A stretch of 64,000 nucleotides of DNA from an uncultured archaeon (GTDB lineage Archaea; Asgardarchaeota; Lokiarchaeia; Sigyniarchaeales; SOKP01), in contig CAZGJX010000001.1 of the NCBI GenBank assembly GCA_964525635.1, forward strand, positions 40,807-104,806. The letters run 5' to 3'. Both the position numbers and the translations under genes were made by a program. A model generated the notes under the pieces. It did no database searches and was not told the DNA's origin. It saw only the letters and a program-made list of their open reading frames with translations. Below are positions 36,802-46,453 of the stretch, one piece after another (positions within the stretch are counted from its first letter, which is position 1; each line of letters opens with the position of its first letter).

Positions 36802-39800
36802 TTATAAATCTTTACTTGTAAATTTTATATATCCAGTTCTTGGTTCATATAATATCCCTTGAGTAATTAAATCATCAATAGCTTTTTTTATATAATCGCC
36901 TTCCAATCCTTCTTCAAGATAAAGGATTTGAGCCACTGATTTTCTTTCAAGCATCTTCCAGTCATTTTCCTCAAATACTTCCTTAAGCCTGGTTAAAAGT
37001 TTATCAAATTTATTTAATTTACTTCTTGATTCTCCAACAAAAATCCTATCCACATCAATTTTTCCAGTAGTTTCATCATATCCTGTATCTCTTAGATATC
37101 GCTTAAATAATTTAATAATTTCTATAACATCTTCTTTAAGAACTTTTTCTCTTAAAGCCATTTTAGCATGTGCTTCACTTAATCGGACGAGTGCATCTAA
37201 ATTTCTCGCTAAAATTGAAATGATTGCATCTTCACTACTATATTCTCCTCGCAGTTCTAAATAGAAATCTTTTATATATTTTTTTGCTTCTTTTGTTAAA
37301 GTTGGTTTACAGGTTCTTTTTGCATGCTTAATATATTTTTTTAACAATTCACCTGAAATTGGAGCAAAATTTTCTTCTTTTTCACTAAAATTTTCATTAT
37401 CAGAATCTATCATTGCGCTTTGGAGGATAAATTCTGCCATTTGAGCATCATCAGCTTTATTTGGCCGATCAACAACAACAAATATTAGATCAAATCTAGA
37501 TAATAATGAAGGGGGTAATCTTATATTTTGTGTTGGTGTTTTATATATATCATATCTTCCAGAATGTGGATTTGCGGCGGCTATAACGGCAGTCTCGGCT
37601 TTTAATGTTGCTACTATTCCTGCCTTTGCTATACTTATAGTCTGTTGTTCCATCGCCTCATGCAGGGCAGATCTATCAGCTGTACTCATTTTATCAAATT
37701 CATCGATGGCCGCAACACCTCCATTTGCTAAGACTATTGCTCCTGCTTCCAAATTCATCTGACCTGTATCTGTATCTTTGATTACCGCAGCCGTCAATCC
37801 CACAGCGCTTGCGCCCTTTCCACTAGTGTATAAACCTCTAGGAGATATATCTACTGATGATTTTAATATTTCGCTATTATGAACAATTAGATTTCCATTA
37901 GCTACAATAAAGTGATGATCCTTAGTTCCAATATCATAAACATAAGTTTTTCTTTTTATTATATCAATTTTATCTATTTCATCCCATAATATATCCGATT
38001 CTGATAAAAGTTTTAACCATTTTAGATCATTGTTATATTCCTTATCTCTTTCATTATAAAGAAGTTCTAGCTTTTTTATTACTTTTCTTAAATATTGTCG
38101 TCCTACTCTTTGTCTTTGTGTTTTAACACGAAGTTCTGCACTAAATTTCCGTAACCATGTTCCTCTACGATTAAAATTTCCTAATTCTCTAATTATATTC
38201 TGCAATATATCTCCAAAGTTTGGAATTATATCTTTTTTTTGGTATCTCGAAGTTTGAGATGCTAATTCTATAGATTTTTCTAGTTTAATTTTTTTTTCTT
38301 TTATTAGAAATCCTATTATCTTATAATATTTAATAGTCTCTTCTCCTGTTAGAATTATCGTATGATATAAATTCCCTTTATAGATTCCAGATTTTATTTC
38401 TTTAATTCCTATTGTTGCAAAAATTCCAAAAGAACATAACATATCTGATAGATTATAAGCTAAATCTTTGCTAGCTGTACTAGCTTCTATATATAACATA
38501 TTCTTTTCAATATAACTATCTCCAGTAAAATAAGCGGATAATAATCCCCGACGAAATGTTTCTGGTGTAAATAAGATTTTTGATGAAATTTTTTTGAATT
38601 TAGCATGATTTCCAAAAAATTTTTTAATCCATTTCATAAAAACTTCATTATGAATTTGAATTGTATTATCATAATTATAGATAGATACTTTATTGAAAAT
38701 GGACTTGATATCTTTTTGAAGTATTTTAACAACATCTGGATTTGTATTTGTAATTCTAACAGAATTTTGACTAATATCTCCTTCAGCAATATAAAAACCG
38801 ATTATTCTGCCAAATTCTTCATTAAGGGTTATGTTGTGTGGGATCCAATTATTATTTCTTTTTTTTCTTATCCAATCACCACTAGGGATAACATTAGGTT
38901 CTTTTTTATATAGTAATAATGTTGATTTTCCTATATTTGAGACTATTGCTGCATTTTTAAGAGATACTATCCCTTTGTTATATAATGATAGCTGTTCTTT
39001 TATCTTAAGACTACTTTGACAATCTTTTTTATTAATAAATGGAGACATATCAGCTTTATGATAATTAACTTCACATCTTAAATTCCTTGCTACAGGTAAG
39101 TAATACCTTTTTTTATTTTTTGAGAGTCTATTTGAATTTTTAATTTCACATAATTGATTTGCATCAATTAATTCTAATTTACCATTTATTAAAGTTGTAA
39201 AGGAGTGGTTTGGAGTAGCTATAATTTTACGCCCATTTTTTGTATTTATTTTAATAAGAATATTCGTCATATGACGACTAATTTCATTTATTTGAGATAT
39301 TTGAGTTTTAAAATTATTAAAATTAATAGAATAAGTATATTGTTTAGGTGAATTTTCTAATTTTAGAACTTCTGAATCTCCTTTTAAAATTATTTTAGAA
39401 GGATTTTGATTCATTAATTCATCAATGAAATCACTTATCTTTGTTAGATCCCAAATTTTTCCATTATTAATTTCTGTTCCTATATAAATTTTTTCTGATC
39501 CATGAATACTCTTTCCAGTCCCGGGATCACCTACAAATAAAACATGGATATCCCCTCTTTTATAGTTGCCTCCTATTTTTTTTTTTCTTGTTCCGGCAAA
39601 TAAAGTTAATGCACATGCCATTTTTAGATCATTTCTTCCATAAATCGTTGGTGCGATTGAACGAGTAATTTTTCTTTGAATGAATGGTTCTTTTGCGAGT
39701 TTTTCAATCTCTTTTTTCTCTTCTTTAGTTATATCGATTTGTTCTTCACTTTTATCTTCCGGATCTATATAATTCACATCTATAAATGTCTTGAATAAAG

Positions 39801-40578
39801 TAGAATTATTACTATTCATGGATGTAGCAATGACAGATTTGAATATACCAACTATTTTTATTCTATCCCCTGGTTTAACATAATCAACTAAATCATGTGT
39901 TAATATAGCCTGAATTGCTCTTGGAATCCTTCCAGGAGGTAAATCCTCCGGCACTTCTTGAACTGTAATGCTTTGCCAGTCTATGAAATCTGATTTTTTA
40001 GAAATTAGACGAAAATCTGATTTTGCTTTTGCTTTACATCTTTTATTATGACAGAAGTTAGGCCATCTTATACTTGAAGTAAGTTGTAATACTTCAAAAG
40101 CGGCTCCACAAATATTACATTCAAAAATAGCTTTTATTAATTTTGGTCTGACTACTGAACTTCTAATTGTAATACCTTTTACACACACTAATTTATCAAT
40201 ATTTTTTGATCTTAAACCTCTTATACTAATTGTTAATGGACTTTTTTCGTCTTTTGTAGTTATTCTCACAGAATACTCATCATAATTTATAGTTCCTCCA
40301 GAATGGAACTTTAAAATATTTTTAAATGCCTTTATCGCATCTTCTATAAGGATTTCAGGATCATTTTTTAGCATTTCAGCTATTTGAGAATCGAAAGAAA
40401 GAAGATCTTCATATAAGATTATTAGAGTTTTTCTACCTTTAGCATCAATATTTTTTATTTGTTCTTGATATTTATATTCTCCAGGCGTCTCCTCAAAGAG
40501 CCGATAAAAATCTTCAAATCTTTGAGTTTGATTAATGGGAGAGATTGGGCTTGATAGAGGTGTTACCATACAAAACAC
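36802..40578 (-). CDS. mcm: MCM replicative helicase containing a 545-aa intein in the P-loop
   Basis: 1258 aa. Zn finger CNICG...CHNKRC, Walker A GDPGTGK|S split by the intein, then EILKSS...SGKGASAVGLTAAV, Walker B AAIDEFDKM, and arginine finger SRFDLIF. The extein is 713 aa. Confidence 0.95.
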   Translation of the reverse strand: MFCMVTPLSSPISPINQTQRFEDFYRLFEETPGEYKYQEQIKNIDAKGRKTLIILYEDLLSFDSQIAEMLKNDPEILIEDAIKAFKNILKFHSGGTINYDEYSVRITTKDEKSPLTISIRGLRSKNIDKLVCVKGITIRSSVVRPKLIKAIFECNICGAAFEVLQLTSSIRWPNFCHNKRCKAKAKSDFRLISKKSDFIDWQSITVQEVPEDLPPGRIPRAIQAILTHDLVDYVKPGDRIKIVGIFKSVIATSMNSNNSTLFKTFIDVNYIDPEDKSEEQIDITKEEKKEIEKLAKEPFIQRKITRSIAPTIYGRNDLKMACALTLFAGTRKKKIGGNYKRGDIHVLFVGDPGTGKSIHGSEKIYIGTEINNGKIWDLTKISDFIDELMNQNPSKIILKGDSEVLKLENSPKQYTYSINFNNFKTQISQINEISRHMTNILIKINTKNGRKIIATPNHSFTTLINGKLELIDANQLCEIKNSNRLSKNKKRYYLPVARNLRCEVNYHKADMSPFINKKDCQSSLKIKEQLSLYNKGIVSLKNAAIVSNIGKSTLLLYKKEPNVIPSGDWIRKKRNNNWIPHNITLNEEFGRIIGFYIAEGDISQNSVRITNTNPDVVKILQKDIKSIFNKVSIYNYDNTIQIHNEVFMKWIKKFFGNHAKFKKISSKILFTPETFRRGLLSAYFTGDSYIEKNMLYIEASTASKDLAYNLSDMLCSFGIFATIGIKEIKSGIYKGNLYHTIILTGEETIKYYKIIGFLIKEKKIKLEKSIELASQTSRYQKKDIIPNFGDILQNIIRELGNFNRRGTWLRKFSAELRVKTQRQRVGRQYLRKVIKKLELLYNERDKEYNNDLKWLKLLSESDILWDEIDKIDIIKRKTYVYDIGTKDHHFIVANGNLIVHNSEILKSSVDISPRGLYTSGKGASAVGLTAAVIKDTDTGQMNLEAGAIVLANGGVAAIDEFDKMSTADRSALHEAMEQQTISIAKAGIVATLKAETAVIAAANPHSGRYDIYKTPTQNIRLPPSLLSRFDLIFVVVDRPNKADDAQMAEFILQSAMIDSDNENFSEKEENFAPISGELLKKYIKHAKRTCKPTLTKEAKKYIKDFYLELRGEYSSEDAIISILARNLDALVRLSEAHAKMALREKVLKEDVIEIIKLFKRYLRDTGYDETTGKIDVDRIFVGESRSKLNKFDKLLTRLKEVFEENDWKMLERKSVAQILYLEEGLEGDYIKKAIDDLITQGILYEPRTGYIKFTSKDL
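37876..39510 (-). mobile_element. Intein with LAGLIDADG homing-endonuclease domain (MCM P-loop insertion site)
   Basis: Starts with Ser (GDPGTGK/SIHGSEKIY). Block B is ATPNHSF. LAGLIDADG motifs are IIGFYIAEGD and LLSAYFTGDS. Ends YVYDIG..HHFIVANGNLIVHN/S with a +1 Ser. 1635 nt = 545 aa. Confidence 0.9.
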
Positions 40579-40740
40579 TATTCTTTTTTATTATATAACG
40601 GTTAATATTTATGATTTTATTTTAATTCGATTATTAAGGGTTAAATTTTATTAAATAGATAATAAAGATTATCTAAAAAAGAATAGAGATAATTAATTTA
40701 GTAATCTAGTAAAATTAAATATTATAAGTATCTAGTAGAA

Positions 40741-43700
40741 TTAACTTTCATTTAATTGATGAAATACTTTACAAATAATTTGATCTTGGGACATTTCACA
40801 TCTCATTTTTAAAAGAGAAATAACTCTATTTTTAGTATCATCATCTTCAACATTAATAGTACGTCCTAATATCAAAGCAATCGATCTTTGTAATTCAATT
40901 GAGAATTCATCACTAAGATGTTTTAATAGACTTGGTAATAAATTCTTAAGACCTTTTCTTTTAATTAATTCAACCATAACATTAATTATTCGATTTCTTA
41001 CATCTTTAGAGGGATCATCTAATAATGATATTATTTCATCAAATACTTTTTCAATATTATCCTGAGCAAAAATCTTTAATAATCCCACAGTTGCTTCTCT
41101 TACATTTTCATCTTTATGGTTAATATTGTCTAATATTTTTTGAAAGGGTATTTTAGAAACGTTGATATCTTTGATATCAGAAAGTAAATTTAATACTGAG
41201 CGCCTTACCCAGCTCTCATTATCATCAAGAAGAGGAATGAGTTTTTCAATAATAAAATCTTTATCTTCTATTTTATGAATAATATTACCAAGACTGGTAA
41301 TAGCCGCTTGTCTTACGATCCAATCTTTGTCTATTAGAGTTTTATTTAGTAGATATTCAATTGATTTTTTATAATCATCAATATTTTCTCCAATTCTACC
41401 TAAAATCTTTGTTGCAGATTCTCTAATAAATGAGTCTTTATCATTTAATAAATTATCAATAGAATCTATTTGTATGAATTTTGGCGTTTTTTCCACTATT
41501 TCAGATAAAGATTTTACTAAGGTTATTTTTACAGTTATTTCCTGTTGATTAAATATCTCAAATAACTCGGGCATTATTGATTTTATTAATTTTGGTTCGA
41601 TTTTAGCGATATTAGTAAATAAATTTATAATTTCATTTTTTAATTTCACATCCCATGGTTTTTTTAAAATTATAATTAGAGGTTCTACGTCAATTAATTC
41701 AGGAAATTCAGTTGCAAGCCCTTCTAATGTGGATATTGCATTTAAACATATATCTTCTGTTTCTACCTTTATTATCTTATTCAATTTAGGGATTATATCT
41801 TTTGGATACTTTTTTGCTATTCTTATTAGAGTTCTTGAAATAATACCTTTTGTTAAGAATTTTGAAATTTCTGGGATTTTGATTAAATTATTAAATATTA
41901 AATCTGGATTTGATTGATATTTTTCAACAAAAATATCTGAGATTTTTTCTTTTATTTTGATATTATCATAATTAATAAAATTTGATAATATTTCAATAAT
42001 TTTTTCAGGATTTTTATCCCATATTTTTCCTAATAAAATTAAAATACTGAGCAATCTATTAGGATCTCTTTCATCTATTCTATTTATTATTTGGTTTAGT
42101 TCAATTGCTTTTGGTTTTTCCTCTATATATTTACCAAGAAGCAGTATTGAAGCATTTCGTACTTTTTCATCAGGATCAATTAAACCATCTAATAATGAAG
42201 TAAGAGAGATTGGGAGCTTATAAAAATCTTTAAATTCTGCTAATAATTCGTATAAGGATGCTCTAACTGAACTAGACGGGTCAGTCATTAATGGTAATAC
42301 TTTTGAGATTAATTCAGATTTTAAATTATCTTTAGTTATTAATTTAATGTGTTTAATTGCAGTAGCTCTAATATTTTTATTATTATGTCCTATTTTTTTT
42401 ATTAAAATCTCAGTAGGAATAGTGGTTGATGATTTAGATAATAGTTTTATTAGTTCAATTTGAATATTACTGTCTGGATTGTTTAATAACTCTTGAATGT
42501 TTAATTCTTGAATCAGGTCTTTATTATATTCTATTAATCTTGAAATGATTTTTAACGATATTTCTCTCATTCTCCATTCAGGATCATTAATAAGATCAAA
42601 AAAGATACTAAGTTGTAATTTTTGAAGATGTTTTATATCTACTTCTAATAATGATCTTGCTATTGGAATACTCTTATCATAATTAGGCGAATATAAAGCT
42701 TCTTTTATCCAAATTGCTATACTATTAGGTGAATCTTTAAGAAGTTGAGTAAAGATTCTATAACAAATCCTTCGTGTTTTAGCATCTGGATCACATATCC
42801 CATCAAATAAAGGATTTTTATATTTCACCTTATTTATATCATATTCTTTTTTCAGAGGTATCCTTTCATACATATTAATTAAAGTTTGTTCAGCATATTT
42901 TTGAATCTTAAGATCACTACTTTTAATAAAATTAAAGAGAGGGATTGGATCAAATTTTTGGCCACATTCTGTAATCTTAGAATGATATAAATTAATAGAG
43001 AAACTATTTTTTTTATTAATAAAATAATATAAAATAAAAATAACAATAAATATTTCTTCTATAACTGCAGGTATTGCAAATAATGGAAAATTAATAGGAA
43101 TAGGGATTGGTTTTGTTAATACCCAAGCATTTAAAGTTTCTGTTAATTTTTTAATATTTACAATTAGGAAATTTACAAATATATTTATTCCAACTGCAGC
43201 CATAAGATAAGCAGCAAAATAGATATCTATACCTCTATATTTTATCTTTCTTCCCCAAAATCGAGTAAAATATCCAATTACTCCAAAAAGTAAAGTAATA
43301 AATACCATTCCAGAATAAGAATATGTTGAGATTGCTAAAGATCCTGTAAATAGAAAATTTAAAGTTTGTATCATAGAAACCCATTGCCAAACAAAAACAA
43401 ATAACATAAAACCAATAAGTATTCTTGGTAATGGATCATTAGCAAATTCATTTAATGATCTCTTCGAATCTTCAAATCCAAGAAAGAGAGATCTATTTAA
43501 ATCAGGTAAATGAAAAAAGGAATTTGTAATTCCAGCAATATATCCCTTTGCGCCAAAATAGGTTAAGATCATCATTGGATAGATTAAAAACCAAGTTATC
43601 CAAACAATTATCAAGGGTACTCCTAAAAATGATATTATGATGGGTGGAATTATAAAGACACCTATATATAGAGAAATAGCGATAAATACAGAAAGAATTT

Positions 43701-44109
43701 TTGAATTAAATCGGGCAATAATATTTTTTCCCAAGATTTTATGAAATATCGTAAGCCCTTCATGTGATTTTGAACTCATAGCAATGAATATAAAATCAAT
43801 TAATGGATATATAGAAATATATCCCAAACATAATGCTATTGGTATGGATAACATTAGAGGATTAATATCCTCTTGAGGTTTAATTGTACTCAATTCCCAA
43901 AGTTCAGGAGATTTTATAGCAAATATAAATGCCATCACCATTACAATCATAAGTGCCATACTAAAAACAATACCATAAAAAACACATAATAATCCATCTT
44001 TTAGAGAGAATTCTCCCTTTTTTACTAAATTGACTTGTTTATATATGATAAAGAATCCTAAAATGGCAAAAATAAAGAATATAATAAATAAAATTATTTC
44101 AGCAATCAA
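40741..44109 (-). CDS. Polytopic membrane protein fused to a ~750-aa HEAT/PBS-lyase-like repeat array
   Basis: 1122 aa. About 10 N-terminal TM helices, then repeated D-P/K-D-x-x-V-R units (DPDAKTRR, DPEWRMRE, DPSSSVRA, DPDEKVRN, DKDSFIRE, DKDWIVRQ, DNESWVRR, HKDENVRE, DPSKDVRN). Confidence 0.65.
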   Translation of the reverse strand: MIAEIILFIIFFIFAILGFFIIYKQVNLVKKGEFSLKDGLLCVFYGIVFSMALMIVMVMAFIFAIKSPELWELSTIKPQEDINPLMLSIPIALCLGYISIYPLIDFIFIAMSSKSHEGLTIFHKILGKNIIARFNSKILSVFIAISLYIGVFIIPPIIISFLGVPLIIVWITWFLIYPMMILTYFGAKGYIAGITNSFFHLPDLNRSLFLGFEDSKRSLNEFANDPLPRILIGFMLFVFVWQWVSMIQTLNFLFTGSLAISTYSYSGMVFITLLFGVIGYFTRFWGRKIKYRGIDIYFAAYLMAAVGINIFVNFLIVNIKKLTETLNAWVLTKPIPIPINFPLFAIPAVIEEIFIVIFILYYFINKKNSFSINLYHSKITECGQKFDPIPLFNFIKSSDLKIQKYAEQTLINMYERIPLKKEYDINKVKYKNPLFDGICDPDAKTRRICYRIFTQLLKDSPNSIAIWIKEALYSPNYDKSIPIARSLLEVDIKHLQKLQLSIFFDLINDPEWRMREISLKIISRLIEYNKDLIQELNIQELLNNPDSNIQIELIKLLSKSSTTIPTEILIKKIGHNNKNIRATAIKHIKLITKDNLKSELISKVLPLMTDPSSSVRASLYELLAEFKDFYKLPISLTSLLDGLIDPDEKVRNASILLLGKYIEEKPKAIELNQIINRIDERDPNRLLSILILLGKIWDKNPEKIIEILSNFINYDNIKIKEKISDIFVEKYQSNPDLIFNNLIKIPEISKFLTKGIISRTLIRIAKKYPKDIIPKLNKIIKVETEDICLNAISTLEGLATEFPELIDVEPLIIILKKPWDVKLKNEIINLFTNIAKIEPKLIKSIMPELFEIFNQQEITVKITLVKSLSEIVEKTPKFIQIDSIDNLLNDKDSFIRESATKILGRIGENIDDYKKSIEYLLNKTLIDKDWIVRQAAITSLGNIIHKIEDKDFIIEKLIPLLDDNESWVRRSVLNLLSDIKDINVSKIPFQKILDNINHKDENVREATVGLLKIFAQDNIEKVFDEIISLLDDPSKDVRNRIINVMVELIKRKGLKNLLPSLLKHLSDEFSIELQRSIALILGRTINVEDDDTKNRVISLLKMRCEMSQDQIICKVFHQLNES

Positions 44110-44236
44110 TATAATTCACGGAAATTAGTAATATCTAAATAAAAAATTATATTTTAATTTTTCAATTAGTATTATAATAAAGTTACATTAAAGATATAAA
44201 ATTATTTTAAATTATAAAAACTATTGAGTTGGAAAA

Positions 44237-44797
44237 TTGTTAAAAATAAAAGAAAATATGAGAGATTCTTTAAAGAGAATAAATTTTATTTATAAAAATC
44301 AAAAAATTTTAACAGAATGTATAAAAGATTTTAAAGGCTTCTCATTATTAAATGAAAAAATAGGTCCGTATCAAAAAGGAAAAACTTACCAAATAAAACT
44401 CTTTTTAGCTATACCCCTTATTAAAAATAACATTTTAAAGGTTGCACATGAAGATAAATGTGATAATATTGATGTACAAAGATATGCGATTAGTGAAAGA
44501 GATGATCTTAAATTAAGAAATTTAGAAAGTAAATTTTTTCTAAATAAAATTAAGGAGTTTGACTTTTTTATGAAAAAATCAGTAGATATAGGAGAAAAAC
44601 CTAAATCAGATTTAGATAGGTTTAATTCTTATAAAACTAATATCATAGATAGTAGACTTTTAAAGCTGTTAAGATTGGCAACAACAGAATTAACACTTTC
44701 AGATGAGAAAAGGTTAACTAATTCAGAACAAATTTTATTTTCAAGTATCTCTGAACTTATATATATTTGGAGAAATTATTTTTTGAACCAGAATTAA
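44237..44797 (+). CDS. GINS subunit-like protein (Gins23-type order, beta domain then alpha domain)
   Basis: 186 aa, TTG start. Contains GPYQKGKTYQIKLFLAIPLIKNNILKV (B-domain-like), then IDVQRYAISERDDLKLRNLESKFFLNKIKEF and RLLKLLRLA...LTNSEQILFSSI (A-domain-like). Assigned by eye only. Confidence 0.45.
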   Translation: MLKIKENMRDSLKRINFIYKNQKILTECIKDFKGFSLLNEKIGPYQKGKTYQIKLFLAIPLIKNNILKVAHEDKCDNIDVQRYAISERDDLKLRNLESKFFLNKIKEFDFFMKKSVDIGEKPKSDLDRFNSYKTNIIDSRLLKLLRLATTELTLSDEKRLTNSEQILFSSISELIYIWRNYFLNQN

Positions 44798-44869
44798 AAA
44801 AACATATCTGAATAAATTAACTTAAAGTTATCGATAACTTTCAGACACCTAGACTCTTTTTTAAAGGTT

Positions 44870-45265
44870 TTAACTTTTTAAATTTTGTGATATATTTTTC
44901 GCTCTTTTAGCTATTTTTTTATTTGGATTATTTAATAAATTATCCAAGAATGGAGAAATATGATTAGCTGCTTTAACATTTGATTCGGATAATTCTTGAA
45001 ATTTTTCAAGAATTGAAATTATTTCGTCCTGATCATTATTTTCAAAAACTTTCTTTAATTTAGGAATTGCTATCGAGGTTAAAATCTCATCTAAATATTT
45101 AGAAATTTCATTTTGGACTTTATCATCACGATAACTTCTAAGTTTGTTATTTCGGATATATTCCACAAATATAAAAGATAATTCAATTGGCCAATTTTGT
45201 ATCTTTTCTTCTTCAATTAATTGAATCACTCCTCCATTTTCTTTATAGAATATTTTCATATCCAA
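44870..45265 (-). CDS. Hypothetical helical protein, last gene of the top6B-top6A operon
   Basis: 131 aa. Its start overlaps the top6A stop by 10 nt. No recognisable motif. Confidence 0.45.
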   Translation of the reverse strand: MDMKIFYKENGGVIQLIEEEKIQNWPIELSFIFVEYIRNNKLRSYRDDKVQNEISKYLDEILTSIAIPKLKKVFENNDQDEIISILEKFQELSESNVKAANHISPFLDNLLNNPNKKIAKRAKNISQNLKS

Positions 45266-46452
45266 TCACCAGTTGTCAATTTTTCAGGTAAATATGTCTC
45301 AGTTAGAAAATCAATTCCTTTTGAAGAAAAAGCTTGTATTTCTGCTTTTGTTTTTAATTTAATAGATAATTTTATATCTTCTTCCCAATTTTTATTTTTC
45401 TTTACAAAATCTTCTTTTAACATATCATTAGCACGTTTTAAGTCCTGTTTTGTCATTTTTAGTCGTACATCATTTTTTATCTTATAAGTGTCTAAATCTC
45501 TGGTCAAAACCCCAAGTAATTTAATATTGGGGGTTGCAAGAAATGGTGTTTCATAGCTTAAGCGTTTAGATCCCCTTAAATATACAGAGTGAATATAATG
45601 ACCATAAGGATCACTATCAACTAAGGTAAATGCAGGAAGATTTAATTCTTTAGTTAATCTTTTTAAGAACATACGGGTTGCCACGTTTCCAACACCTTGA
45701 GCAGTCAATAAAATACATGGATATGTACGCCAAAATCGAACTTCAGCTAAATCCATCATTGCTGCACTTTTTTCAATTACTAATATAAATTCAGCATCAG
45801 ATTCAATTATCTCAATTTCATCCAACATGGGGGATATTGTCCAAGCCCCACTTCCTTGATTCTCAAGATCAATAATATCATTTTTATCTCTGATTCGTAA
45901 TCTTCCTACACATGAACCTCTCGGATTGGCAACTATATGAGTGGCATTTCTTGTTGTATAGAGCATCGTTGCAGCATCTTCTATACTTTTATCACTATTT
46001 TTTTGTTCTTTAAATAAATCAACGTCCATATAAAAAACATGTCTTTTTGTGATATGTCGGTTTTTTTTCAATAACTCATGGACTACTTCGAGAATTTTCA
46101 TTAGGCGAGTAATATCTGCTACACTTGTAAGTGTATGAAATTGTTTTTCCATGATTTGTTTTCCTAGTAGTAATAAATCATTTTCTTCATCCCATATAAT
46201 ATTCGAACTTGCTCTAGAAGGTAAATGGAAAGAGGGTTTCCCATTTTCAAATATTTTTTCAATTAAATCATCAATTAATTTATATAATCGATTTAATGTG
46301 TCTTTTCTGTTGAGATCATCAATTTTCACTGTGTTTGGAGGGAGATTAATACTAAGATTTTCTAATCTCCTTTCTAAATAACTTTTAAATAACTCTTTAG
46401 TTGCTTTTAAATCATATTCTTTAATCTTTAATCTATTTTCCATATATTTCAC
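45256..46452 (-). CDS. top6A: DNA topoisomerase VI subunit A (Spo11 family)
   Basis: 398 aa containing RHVFYMD (catalytic Tyr region), Toprim ILVIEKSAAMMDL, and VDSDPYGHYI. The track start is GTG 46452. ATG 46443 (MENRLK...) sits 7 nt after a GGUGA SD-like motif and may be the true start. Confidence 0.9.
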   Translation of the reverse strand: MKYMENRLKIKEYDLKATKELFKSYLERRLENLSINLPPNTVKIDDLNRKDTLNRLYKLIDDLIEKIFENGKPSFHLPSRASSNIIWDEENDLLLLGKQIMEKQFHTLTSVADITRLMKILEVVHELLKKNRHITKRHVFYMDVDLFKEQKNSDKSIEDAATMLYTTRNATHIVANPRGSCVGRLRIRDKNDIIDLENQGSGAWTISPMLDEIEIIESDAEFILVIEKSAAMMDLAEVRFWRTYPCILLTAQGVGNVATRMFLKRLTKELNLPAFTLVDSDPYGHYIHSVYLRGSKRLSYETPFLATPNIKLLGVLTRDLDTYKIKNDVRLKMTKQDLKRANDMLKEDFVKKNKNWEEDIKLSIKLKTKAEIQAFSSKGIDFLTETYLPEKLTTGDWI

Positions 46453-46453
46453 C

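Noticed and set aside
38605-39019. Two plus-strand ORFs (102 aa and 62 aa) inside the MCM intein region
   Set aside because: They are antisense to the LAGLIDADG endonuclease coding sequence, with no motifs. These are shadow ORFs of AT-rich DNA.
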